A stretch of 64,000 nt of DNA. Origin: an uncultured Pseudomonadota bacterium (GTDB lineage Bacteria > UBA10199 > JADFYH01). The first letter of the stretch is position 1; every line of letters begins with the position of its first letter. The DNA is taken from the NCBI GenBank assembly GCA_964595045.1, contig CAZQOW010000001.1:9183-73182 (forward strand). Reading direction: 5' to 3'. Shown one piece after another: positions 8,188-17,117 of this stretch. The notes under the pieces were generated by a model. The model did not search any database. It was not told where the DNA came from and saw only the letters and a list, made by a program, of their open reading frames with translations. Made by a program: the position numbers and the translations under genes.

Positions 8188-8737
8188 CTTCCTCTACGCT
8201 AATTTGATTATTCGTATAAATACAAATCTCGGAAGCAATTTTCAGAGATTCTGTTGCGATCTCTTTTGCTGAAAGATCGGTAAACTTCATCAAGGCGCGC
8301 CCTGCAGACAGCGCAAACGGGCCACCGGAGCCGATAGCGCTCACTCCGTCATCGGGTTCAATCACATCGCCGTTTCCAGAAAGAGTCAAAATCTTATCTT
8401 TATCAGCCACAATCAGTAACGCTTCAAGTCGCCTTAAAATTCTATCGGTTCTCCAATCTTTTGCGAGCTCGACTGCAGCTCGTGTCAAGTTCGCCTGATA
8501 TTGATCGAGCTTTGCTTCAAACTTTTCAAAAAGGGTAAACGCATCAGCTGTTGAACCGGCAAAACCGGCAATTACTTTATCATTTTTCATTCGTCTTACT
8601 TTTTTGGCGGTATGTTTCATCACCGTATTTTGAAAACTAACTTGACCATCTCCCGCAATCGCAACTTTTCCATTTCGCATAACGGCTATAATAGTCGTTC
8701 CTCTAAACTGTAATAAATTATTTTCCGATTGATTCAT
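8180..8737 (-). CDS. hslV: ATP-dependent protease subunit HslV (ORF has a 13-aa extension before the catalytic Thr-Thr)
   Basis: [21 protein letters not shown]...[17 protein letters not shown] aligns with HslV from its mature N-terminus. Adjacent to hslU. Confidence 0.85.
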   Translation of the reverse strand: MNQSENNLLQFRGTTIIAVMRNGKVAIAGDGQVSFQNTVMKHTAKKVRRMKNDKVIAGFAGSTADAFTLFEKFEAKLDQYQANLTRAAVELAKDWRTDRILRRLEALLIVADKDKILTLSGNGDVIEPDDGVSAIGSGGPFALSAGRALMKFTDLSAKEIATESLKIASEICIYTNNQISVEEVG

Positions 8738-8788
8738 AGATTCCTCTCTGGTGAGTAGCTCAGAGGATGATTAACTCCAAAGCTTCGC

Positions 8789-9682
8789 TCACGCCTTCGG
8801 ATGGGCTTTATCGTAGATTTCCATTATTTTTTCAAGACTAAGATGTGTATATTTTTGAGTGGTAGAAAGCGAGGCATGCCCCAGAAGTTGCTGGATACTT
8901 CTTAAATCAGCTCCGGCCCCCAGTAAATGGGTTGCATAGGAGTGTCTGAGGCCATGGGGGCTCACTTTGTGGCCATATCCTGCCTGAAGTTGATAACTTT
9001 CAACTAACTTTTGAACAGTTCGAATGGAGAGTCTTTTTCCTCTTTCATTTAAAAATACTGCTTTCTCATCTTTCTTCTCACTACCAGAATCAGCTTTTAA
9101 ATATTCTTGGAGAATATCAAACGCTTTTTCACCGATTGGAATGATTCTTTCTTTATTTCCTTTCCCCCTAACTCTCAGAAAATGATCGGATAGATTGCAA
9201 TCATCGATATTTAATCCGACCAACTCACTGACTCGTAGACCACATCCATATAACAACTCCAAAATCGTCTGATCTCTCAGAGAACTTTTTTTGATCTGCT
9301 TCTGAGGTTGCTCAACCAATCCAAAAGCTTCATCTACTGAGAGAAAGCGAGAAAGTTTTTTAACTCTTTTGGGAGCAGAAATTGTTCGGACAGGATGGTT
9401 GGTTAAAAGTTTTTTTTTCAGACAAAAATTGTAAAAAGATTTGAGAGTAGAAATTTTTCGACTAATCGAGTGAGAACTATTTTTTTTGATTAAATAGGCA
9501 ATAAATGACCGTATGCTTCTTACAGTAATATCTGACCAAAGTGGCTGTTCATTCTGAATTAGTGTAGGAAAACTTTCTTTTAGATAACTATAAAACTCTA
9601 AAAGATCTCGCCGATAATTTTTTATGGTATGAGGTGAGGCAGAACGTTCGTTTTTTAAGTAAGTAAAAAATTGGTTAATCAC
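8789..9682 (-). CDS. xerC: Tyrosine recombinase, XerC/XerD family (chromosome-dimer resolvase, not an island integrase)
   Basis: Catalytic motifs RVSELVGLNIDD, HGLRHSYATHLL, LGHASLSTTQKYTHL, 297 aa. Conserved xerC(codV)-hslV-hslU arrangement. Confidence 0.7.
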   Translation of the reverse strand: MINQFFTYLKNERSASPHTIKNYRRDLLEFYSYLKESFPTLIQNEQPLWSDITVRSIRSFIAYLIKKNSSHSISRKISTLKSFYNFCLKKKLLTNHPVRTISAPKRVKKLSRFLSVDEAFGLVEQPQKQIKKSSLRDQTILELLYGCGLRVSELVGLNIDDCNLSDHFLRVRGKGNKERIIPIGEKAFDILQEYLKADSGSEKKDEKAVFLNERGKRLSIRTVQKLVESYQLQAGYGHKVSPHGLRHSYATHLLGAGADLRSIQQLLGHASLSTTQKYTHLSLEKIMEIYDKAHPKA

Positions 9683-9708
9683 TTATTTACAATTAATCAA
9701 AAAAAAAA

Positions 9709-10956
9709 TTATTTCAACGTTTTCAATGGTAACTTTTTATTTTCACTTAATTTTCGAAAATGTTCGATTGAAAACGTTAAAAAAATGCTAAAAAATAATC
9801 CGCCTATAAAAGCAATAAGTGTATTTTGTCGCACTTTTGGGAAAGAGGGCCCCCTAGGAACTAGGGCTTTATCAATTACTTGAAAAGCTAGATCTTCTTT
9901 TGATTCTTCTATTTTTGCTAACTCATATTGCTGCATAAGAAGAGCATTTGTATTTGTAAGTAATTCTCTTTGAAGAGTTACATACTGTAAGTAAACTTGA
10001 GCCGGAACATTTTCGACAACTCCTTTTTGATTCAATCTCAATAAATGTGCGTCAGATCTTTCTTTTTGTTGCTCCAAGATGCTAAGGTGCTGGCGGAATT
10101 CTTCAAAAGTTTTAGGAAGGATTTCTGATTTCCCGACATCAACATTTATAGTAGACTGTACGCTTGAGATTCTATTATTAGTATAAAACTCACTTAATTT
10201 TTTACTAAACTCTAAGAAGTCTACTTTATTCTTCTGTAACTGAATCTCTATAAACTGACGGTTCCTTTTAGCTGTGGTCAAATTATTCGTAGTAATATAA
10301 TCTTGTAGTCGAACAACAAAATGATTCGCTATGCTCGCAGTTAATTGTGGATCTTTGAAAGTAACTACGATTTTAAGTAGTCCTGTTTTTTTATCTTCAG
10401 CTACTTTTAAAACTTTTGATTGAATAACGCCTACTCCATCTTCGATGCGTGGGATTTGCTCTGCGTTATTATACTTCCAATTATTTTTTGAAACATCCCA
10501 TTGATTCTCAAAAAGAACCGGCATTAAATGTAGATCTTCTATAACCCCCTCAATAAGGGTACGACTGTTTAAAATATTTTTAAATTGCTGAGTTTGTTGA
10601 TCATTTCCCCCAAGTCCTGCCAATTGACTTCCTATAACTGGAATAGAATTAGCTTGAGTTAGTAATGCAGAAAGTCCTCCTCTCCCTGATGAAATTGGAG
10701 TTAAGGCAACCTCTGCCTGGTATAGCTTGGGTGATTTTGAACTAATCCAAAAAGTTATCAGTGTTAATAACAAGGTAAAACAGGCAATTTTCAGTTTATG
10801 GTTATAAAGCATTCTCCCATAATCTAGGAGATTTATTTCATCATCTTCCGCTTTTTTTTGCCAATCATAATAGAAAGATGGAATTGGGAATGGTGGACTA
10901 GAAAAACCTGAATCATCTCCAGGTATGGTTTTGGAATGTTCAGAATCAATTTGCAT
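9709..10956 (-). CDS. Wzz-like polysaccharide co-polymerase (PCP) without a C-terminal BY-kinase domain
   Basis: Wzz-type N-terminus (EINLLDYGRMLYNHKLKIACFTLLLTLITFWIS, TM1), long coiled-coil periplasmic region, C-terminal TM2 (LIAFIGGLFFSIFLTF). Only 415 aa and no Walker motifs. Confidence 0.65.
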   Translation of the reverse strand: MQIDSEHSKTIPGDDSGFSSPPFPIPSFYYDWQKKAEDDEINLLDYGRMLYNHKLKIACFTLLLTLITFWISSKSPKLYQAEVALTPISSGRGGLSALLTQANSIPVIGSQLAGLGGNDQQTQQFKNILNSRTLIEGVIEDLHLMPVLFENQWDVSKNNWKYNNAEQIPRIEDGVGVIQSKVLKVAEDKKTGLLKIVVTFKDPQLTASIANHFVVRLQDYITTNNLTTAKRNRQFIEIQLQKNKVDFLEFSKKLSEFYTNNRISSVQSTINVDVGKSEILPKTFEEFRQHLSILEQQKERSDAHLLRLNQKGVVENVPAQVYLQYVTLQRELLTNTNALLMQQYELAKIEESKEDLAFQVIDKALVPRGPSFPKVRQNTLIAFIGGLFFSIFLTFSIEHFRKLSENKKLPLKTLK

Positions 10957-11104
10957 TTTTCACCTTGAACTCTGAATACTGAACCTTCTGGATACTGTCA
11001 ACCAGCGATTTCTTATTAACTCGCAGTTGAAATATTGACATTCAAATCGATTCTGATATGGGTAACTTCCCTTAAGGATTGAATAGATTCAGTAAAATTT
11101 TCAT

Positions 11105-12223
11105 ATGAAAAAATGTTTTATATTAATTTTAATAATAAGCATGGTAATGTCGCAAACCTATTTCCTCCAAGCTCAAGGTTTCGACCCATCTTCTCTTCTT
11201 AACAATCGAGGTGGGAGTAGAGTTAATGATGTACAAAGAAGCTTTCGTGCATTGCCAAACTCTTCTACTGGAAATAAAGGAGAAGCCACCGACACTTCTT
11301 TTTCTTCTCCATCAAACTCAATAGGGAGAGTTTCTGAAGGATCTATATACTATAACATCCATGTTCTTGGGGAAGTGAATAGACCTGGAACATATAAAGC
11401 CCTACCCTCTGACCGCATCACTGATGGGGTAAGGTACGCTGGTGGAATCTCTGAAAATGGCTCTCAAACAGCGATTCAACTCAGAAGACAAGGTAAGAGA
11501 ACGCAAATACTTGATCTTTTTTCTTATAAATTTAAAGGAATGCTTGATCAAAATCCTTATCTTATTGAAAACGATGTTATTTTCATTCCTCTTAAAGAAG
11601 GAGAGTTTGAAGTAGAAGGACCAGTAAAGCGACCTGGTAAATATGAAATGACCGGCTCTATTAACTTAGAAAATGCTATTAATATGGCAGGTGGATTTGC
11701 AACTGGACGATCTATACAAGCTCCGATTCACATTATTCGTTTCAATGAAAATGAAAAAAAAGAAATTCTTAAAATAGATAATAAAGAAGAATCAATCAAG
11801 AGTTTTGCCATTCAAAAAGGCGATGTAGTAATTGTCCCTCATGTTTTAACTGCTAATAATAAATTTGATTACAACTTAAAGCAACTTCCGGGTGATCATA
11901 TTTTTTACCCAACATTGAATGATCAAATTTACGTTTCTGGCGCCGTATCCTTACCAGGACCTTATCCATTTCAACCTGGTCTTTCGGTGAATAATTATAT
12001 AAGTCAGGCGGGACCAAGCGATAAAGCTAGTTTAAAAAGAGCGAGGATCATTGGATCTGATGGTAAAAGAAGAACTGTAAATGACATTGATCTAGTCAAT
12101 CCCGGAGATACGATTGTAGTTCCTGCTAAAGCAATTACTGTTACTAATGCTATCTCATGGTTTAGTACTTTATCATCACTTGCTCTAACAAGCTTTGTTT
12201 TTTATGATAGATTTGCTAAATAG
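11105..12223 (+). CDS. Wza-like outer-membrane polysaccharide export protein (Poly_export + SLBB domains)
   Basis: Signal peptide, PGTYKALPSDRITDGVRYAGG-type Poly_export motif, repeated SLBB-like segments, 372 aa. Divergent from the Wzz-like gene. Confidence 0.7.
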   Translation: MKKCFILILIISMVMSQTYFLQAQGFDPSSLLNNRGGSRVNDVQRSFRALPNSSTGNKGEATDTSFSSPSNSIGRVSEGSIYYNIHVLGEVNRPGTYKALPSDRITDGVRYAGGISENGSQTAIQLRRQGKRTQILDLFSYKFKGMLDQNPYLIENDVIFIPLKEGEFEVEGPVKRPGKYEMTGSINLENAINMAGGFATGRSIQAPIHIIRFNENEKKEILKIDNKEESIKSFAIQKGDVVIVPHVLTANNKFDYNLKQLPGDHIFYPTLNDQIYVSGAVSLPGPYPFQPGLSVNNYISQAGPSDKASLKRARIIGSDGKRRTVNDIDLVNPGDTIVVPAKAITVTNAISWFSTLSSLALTSFVFYDRFAK

Positions 12224-12376
12224 TTCTGTAGAAATTGTCTTTAATTGTAAATCCCTGCTTAAATTTTTCCCTTTATAAAGTCTCCTATATCTATTTTGTT
12301 TATGCCATAATTAACTAATGGCTATTATCCCTTTTGACATTTTTCATTAGAATAAAAACTGTCTCCCCCCTTCGAT

Positions 12377-13873
12377 ATGAGACGATTATTTCTTGTAGGT
12401 ATTTTTCTGTTTGATATCCTCTTTTTTTCAGGATGCGTTGGCCCCTCTGATTCAAATAACTCTTACATTTCCAAATTAACAAATCCTAAACTCACCCTCA
12501 CCATCACAGGTATTGGCAAAGGGAAGATCCACTCTTCCCAAGGAGAAATCAATTGCTCAAAAGCAGGAGGTGCCTGTAGCACTATCACTCACAAAGGAGA
12601 GAAGCTCACCCTCACAGCTGAGCCGGAAAACGGGTACCTCTTTTTGGGATGGTATGGGGGCATTTGTCACGGAGGTCTCGATTGTGAAGTGACGATGGAT
12701 CAGGCAAAAGAGATCAAAGCTGCATTTGGAATGGTCGCTTATATATCTAATTTAAATCCTTTTCCCAATTCCATGAAAAACTCCAATCGATCTTTATCGG
12801 ATATCGAAGCGAGTCAGATTTTTAATATTTGGATTGCGACCACTGATGGCAAAACCTCTTATCCTCTCACTCAACTGGGCAGAGCTAATAGCCAATTCCC
12901 TCGCTGGTCTCCTGATGGAACCAAACTCCTTTATCAATCTTCTAGAGCGTTGGATGGAAGCGATCAGGATATCGGCCGATCTAACATCTGGGTTGTAAAC
13001 GCCGACGGCTCCAATCATAAACCGCTTACCAGCCTGACTCAGGCTGACAGCTTTCTTCCCCAATGGTCTCCCGATGGAAAACAGATTGTCTACGGATCCT
13101 TTCAGGCTTTGGATGGAACAGATTATAAAAGCGACTTTTCAAATATTTGGATGATGAACTCCGATGGATCAAATCCCAAACCGCTCACAAAACTGACAAA
13201 GGGGGGAAGCTACGAACCTCAGTGGTCCCCCGATGGAAAACAGATCGTCTATGAATCTGCACGCGCGCTCGATGGAAACGACAGTACCAACGAGCATTAT
13301 AATATCTGGATCATGAATGCAGATGGATCAAGCCCCAAGCCTCTCACTCAGTTGACAAAGGCGGATAGTTACCTCCCCCAATGGTCTCCCGATGGGAGCA
13401 AAATAGCCTATCAATCTTTTCAAGCTCTGGATGGAAAGGATCATAAAAATGATTTTTCCAATATTTGGGTGGTCAATTCAGATGGCTCAAACCCGAAACC
13501 TATCACCCAGCTAACGAAGGCTGGAAGCTACTCAGCGCAATGGTCTTCGGATAGCACTCATCTGCTTTATGAATCTTCTCGCGCCTTGGATGGAACCGAC
13601 AATACGAATGAACATTACAATATTTGGATTGCGGATCTAAACGATCCAAACCACAAACCGCTCACCCATTTCACACAGGCCGACAGCTATGTTCCACAAG
13701 GATCTGCGGACGGAAGTCAATTGATCTACGGATCCTCTGCGACTCTCGATGGAGCAGATCAGAACAATAATCACCTTTCCAACATCTGGGTGATGAATCT
13801 GGATCAACTTGAAACAAAACCGCTGACTCAATCAAATAACGCCCATAGTTTTTTGCAGTTTATTGCGGAGTAA
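12377..13873 (+). CDS. Lipoprotein: N-terminal divergent InlB-B-repeat-like domain, then about 8 PD40 (TolB-like) beta-propeller repeats
   Basis: Lipobox LFDILFFSGC. Cys-containing domain (GEINCSKAGGACSTITHKGEKLTLTAEPENGYLFLGWYGGICHGGLDCEVTM) resembling InlB B-repeat. A roughly 47-aa unit (NIW..N.DGSN.KPLT.LT.A.S..PQWSPDG..I.Y.S..ALDG) repeats eight times. Confidence 0.6.
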   Translation: MRRLFLVGIFLFDILFFSGCVGPSDSNNSYISKLTNPKLTLTITGIGKGKIHSSQGEINCSKAGGACSTITHKGEKLTLTAEPENGYLFLGWYGGICHGGLDCEVTMDQAKEIKAAFGMVAYISNLNPFPNSMKNSNRSLSDIEASQIFNIWIATTDGKTSYPLTQLGRANSQFPRWSPDGTKLLYQSSRALDGSDQDIGRSNIWVVNADGSNHKPLTSLTQADSFLPQWSPDGKQIVYGSFQALDGTDYKSDFSNIWMMNSDGSNPKPLTKLTKGGSYEPQWSPDGKQIVYESARALDGNDSTNEHYNIWIMNADGSSPKPLTQLTKADSYLPQWSPDGSKIAYQSFQALDGKDHKNDFSNIWVVNSDGSNPKPITQLTKAGSYSAQWSSDSTHLLYESSRALDGTDNTNEHYNIWIADLNDPNHKPLTHFTQADSYVPQGSADGSQLIYGSSATLDGADQNNNHLSNIWVMNLDQLETKPLTQSNNAHSFLQFIAE

Positions 13874-14022
13874 AAAAAATTCTATTTTTTAATTGGCTGC
13901 TTTTTGGATTTTATCGAGCAATAAAGTATGAAATTAGGACAATAAAAAAATCCTTCTTCTTCTCTAATCTAGAAAAACACTCTCTTTCTCAATTGGCATA
14001 ACCTCTGCATGACCTGCCGGTC

Positions 14023-14646
14023 ATGAGTGATGTAAAAAATATTTTAACCATTATCGTTCTCTTCTCATTTCTTTTACTGAATGGATCATTTGCTCGTACA
14101 GCGGAAAAACCAACTCTGCATCAATTAGAAGTCGCTGCGCTCAAATATGCAAGTCTAGATCCGCAGGAGGTAATAAATTGGAAATCGAGAATCAAGTGGG
14201 CAAAAGCCTTGCCGCAAGTAACCGTCGGTTATGAACAACGGCTCGTCAATCAAATCAACAATACGATTCAAGATTCTATTTCAGTCACCAGCTCAAGCAT
14301 TACGGTCGGCCCTCCTCAATCTCAACTCAATCAAAACAACAATCTCAATCAAGGCTTTGAAGCAAAAGCAACTTGGTCTTTGGATGAACTGGTCTTTAAT
14401 AAAGATTCTCTCTTAATCTCTAAAGAGGCTCGCTACCGCAACCTCATGCGCTCGCAGGTTTTAGAGGAGCTTTACCAGATTTATTTTGAAAGAAAAAAAC
14501 TGCTCTTGAAAGAAGGAGAAAAAAAACGGGAAGAACTTTCATCTATCACTCAGCTCCGTCTTGAGGAGTTGGAGGCAAAACTCGATTCTCTCACCGGAGG
14601 ATATTTTTCCAAAACCACAGAACCCATTCAAGGAGATGAAAAATGA
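14023..14646 (+). CDS. Secreted hypothetical protein (signal peptide, coiled-coil C-terminus). Weak resemblance to the N-terminal helical repeat of outer-membrane efflux proteins.
   Basis: Signal peptide ILTIIVLFSFLLLNGSFA. PTLHQLEVAALKYASLDPQEV resembles a TolC-family first repeat, but the protein is only 207 aa. Overlaps the next gene by 4 nt. Confidence 0.3.
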   Translation: MSDVKNILTIIVLFSFLLLNGSFARTAEKPTLHQLEVAALKYASLDPQEVINWKSRIKWAKALPQVTVGYEQRLVNQINNTIQDSISVTSSSITVGPPQSQLNQNNNLNQGFEAKATWSLDELVFNKDSLLISKEARYRNLMRSQVLEELYQIYFERKKLLLKEGEKKREELSSITQLRLEELEAKLDSLTGGYFSKTTEPIQGDEK

Positions 14647-15716
14647 AAATAAATAGCAGATTACTTTATTATTTTTTGTTCACCTTTCTTTCTCTCATCA
14701 TCGGTTGCCAAAATTTGCCGAACGGAAACTTTCATTCTCTCGTTCAATCTGAGCCTTATCTGCTTGCCATCTCTCCTGCTCCTGGAGATCGATTGGAGAA
14801 GATCGATCAAATCGAGTTGACCTTTTCTCATCCGATTGAAACAAAAACAGTCAACGCAAAATCAATTTTTCTTCTAAAAACAGAAATCAATCCGACTCAA
14901 TATTCAACCGGTGATCTCATTCAAAAAGATTTGGATAAAGGAAAACTAAATCGGGTCGATGGAACTTATACAACTAATTCAAATTTGCAAAAAATTACCT
15001 GGTCATCCTCTGAAATTTTAAAGAGCGGAAGTTATACTTTGGTAATTACTTCTGATTTGTTGGCAATAAGTAAAGCCCCCTTTAACCAAAAACCAGGGGA
15101 TCAAACCATTCCATTTCTTGCCGTTTTCAAATTGCCAATTCCATTACAACCAACTCCAACACCACAACCGAATTCGGATCCACCTCCTCCGGAGAAAATA
15201 AGACCAACCTCACTAGTAATGAATGAAATTCTTTACGACTCAGCAGAAAGTGATACCGATGGAAATGAGTTTGTCGAACTTTACGGAACACCCAATAGCG
15301 ATATTGATGGGTATCAACTGGTCATCGTCAACGGATCGGATGGAAAAATTCTAAAAATCATCACCTTTCCGGAAAACAGCAAAATCCCTGCAGATGGCAT
15401 TTTCCTCATCGCCGACGCCCAAAATGGAAAGCCTTCCCAATCGAATATTCCTGGAGCCGATTTTATCGACAACTTCGACCCTCAAAATGGCCCAGATGCA
15501 ATTCAGCTTTTGGATGATCAGGGAAATTTACTGGATGCTGTTTCTTATGGTGAAGTCAGCGTCACTCTAGCGAGCAATGGGCTCGCAATTTTGCAGGGAA
15601 AACCTGCATTCGATGTGAAAGAAGGACATAGCCTATCGCGGATCAAAGGACAGAATACAAAGGATAACAGCAAAGACTTTATCGATCTCGAAAAACCAAC
15701 CCCAGGAGAATTATAA
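14643..15716 (+). CDS. Lipoprotein with a C-terminal lamin-tail domain (LTD)
   Basis: Lipobox LSLIIGC. C-terminal LVMNEILYDSAESDTDGNEFVELYGTPNSDIDGYQLVIVNGSDGKI...IFLIADA...DAIQLLDDQGNLLDAVSYG matches the LTD pattern (NE.lyd......EFVEL.N......L.GY.L). Confidence 0.55.
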   Translation: MKINSRLLYYFLFTFLSLIIGCQNLPNGNFHSLVQSEPYLLAISPAPGDRLEKIDQIELTFSHPIETKTVNAKSIFLLKTEINPTQYSTGDLIQKDLDKGKLNRVDGTYTTNSNLQKITWSSSEILKSGSYTLVITSDLLAISKAPFNQKPGDQTIPFLAVFKLPIPLQPTPTPQPNSDPPPPEKIRPTSLVMNEILYDSAESDTDGNEFVELYGTPNSDIDGYQLVIVNGSDGKILKIITFPENSKIPADGIFLIADAQNGKPSQSNIPGADFIDNFDPQNGPDAIQLLDDQGNLLDAVSYGEVSVTLASNGLAILQGKPAFDVKEGHSLSRIKGQNTKDNSKDFIDLEKPTPGEL

Positions 15717-16754
15717 ATGTCATTTACAACAAAGAAGTTAATTCTTTTTTTTGCCTTCCTTTTTTCGGGCTGCGCTGCACTCAAACAGAACCCTTTTCCA
15801 AAGGATTGGCAACAGACTCCCACTCCTCCTGAATTAAATTCTTCAAATGAAAACAGTGGGAGTCTTAAAATTACTCTTCTCGATATTGGTCAAGGGGACG
15901 CCACATTGATCACTACCCCCAAAGGAAAAAATATTCTGATCGATGCGGGAAATATTGGAAAGGGAACCGATATCATCCTCCCCTACCTTCAATCCCATCG
16001 AATCAACTCTCTTGATATGATCATTGCCACTCATTATGATGCGGACCATATCGGTGGAATAAGCGAAGTGATTGCAGGAGCGGATGGCCAGTTGGAAACA
16101 GCCGATGATTTAATGCCGTCACAAGGGATTTACGATCGGGGTGGAACTCCGCTCGATTCTTCTCCCCTTTACACAGACTATTTAAAGGCGGTTGAAAAAA
16201 ATAGATTTTCTATTTTACCGGGAGACCTGATCGGTCTTGATCCGGAAGTCATCATTCGTTGTGTGGCAGTCAATGGATCAGTTTGGAATGGCCCAACGCT
16301 CGATCTCTTTCAGGTCGGCATTCATGAAACCGAAAATAGTGCCGCAATCTCTCTGCTGATCGAATATAAGAACTTTCGTTATCTTACTTCGGCTGATCTA
16401 ACGGGCGGAGGAAGTCCTGGAGGATTTAAAACATTGGATATAGAAACTCCCTTGGCAGAACAGATTGGAGAAATTACCGCTATCCATGTCAATCATCATG
16501 GAAGTAGTACAAGTTCCAATCAAAGCTTTGTCAACAGTCTAAAACCCAAAGTTGCCCTGATTAGTGTAGGAAATGGAAATAGTTATCATCACCCTGACCA
16601 GCAAATTCTCGAACGTTGGCAAAAATCGGGAGCAAAAATTTGGCTGACTGAAAAAGGGGCGGGAGGATTTGTCACCAAGGAAAAAATTGCCAATGGTGCA
16701 GTTGAACTGATTACAGATGGAAATTTAATTATAATTAATGGGGAAAAAATTTAA
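15717..16754 (+). CDS. Lipoprotein, metallo-beta-lactamase fold hydrolase of the ComEC/Rec2 C-terminal-domain type
   Basis: Lipobox LFSGC. LKITLLDIGQGDATLITTP.GKNILIDAGN and IATHYDADHIGG match the ComEC-type MBL motifs. Directly abuts the LTD gene. Confidence 0.6.
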   Translation: MSFTTKKLILFFAFLFSGCAALKQNPFPKDWQQTPTPPELNSSNENSGSLKITLLDIGQGDATLITTPKGKNILIDAGNIGKGTDIILPYLQSHRINSLDMIIATHYDADHIGGISEVIAGADGQLETADDLMPSQGIYDRGGTPLDSSPLYTDYLKAVEKNRFSILPGDLIGLDPEVIIRCVAVNGSVWNGPTLDLFQVGIHETENSAAISLLIEYKNFRYLTSADLTGGGSPGGFKTLDIETPLAEQIGEITAIHVNHHGSSTSSNQSFVNSLKPKVALISVGNGNSYHHPDQQILERWQKSGAKIWLTEKGAGGFVTKEKIANGAVELITDGNLIIINGEKI

Positions 16755-17065
16755 TAACTTCTAAATATTTTGACTATTATTTCATTTTTTAAAATTCAAA
16801 ATACCAACTATCCTATACTTTTTATCGATATAATCTCTCCAGATCTTTTTCCCTTAAACCTACGAAAATCAACCGATAGCTCATATTTTTTTAGTTGATA
16901 AAATTTTCTTTAGCGAATACAGCAAACAGCTAAGAAATATATCTGTTTGCCTAATTTTTATTCGTGGAACTGTTTAAAGAATTGTTCAAAAACCCTTTTT
17001 GCGCCTACAAGGGTGATTTTGAATATAACTTATTGGAATTACACAAGAATCTCATTTGATTCAAT

Positions 17066-17077
17066 GGCGGTAGCCTG
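17066..17077 (+). promoter_or_regulatory. ops-like element GGCGGTAGCCTG (11/12 match to the E. coli RfaH recruitment site GGCGGTAGCGTG), 40 nt upstream of the NusG-paralog start codon
   Basis: Direct reading of 17061-17080 (tcaatGGCGGTAGCCTGctt). Candidate -35/-10 (TTGCGC ... TATAAC) about 45-65 nt further upstream would place the element in the 5' UTR. Confidence 0.5.
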
Positions 17078-17117
17078 CTTAAAGTATCACTTTTCATGCT
17101 GAGGAAATAATAACAAA

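Noticed and set aside
8789-9682. Tyrosine recombinase as a possible integrase marking a genomic island boundary
   Set aside because: Its motifs and C-terminus match the XerC/XerD dimer-resolution type. The xerC(codV)-hslV-hslU arrangement is a conserved housekeeping operon. No att-like direct repeats, tRNA or other mobile-element genes were seen nearby.
12794-13063. Antisense ORFs inside the PD40-repeat gene (12794-13063, 13637-13831) and other internal or antisense track ORFs (for example 4840-5554, 6419-7093, 7526-8272, 19554-19986, 28008-28854, 29683-29986, 36173-36864, 38641-38961, 53434-53776, 55604-56143, 57816-58013, 58893-59258, 60131-60491, 61323-61511)
   Set aside because: All lie entirely within, and opposite to or out of frame with, longer ORFs that have clear family motifs. 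None has a ribosome-binding site or recognisable motif.
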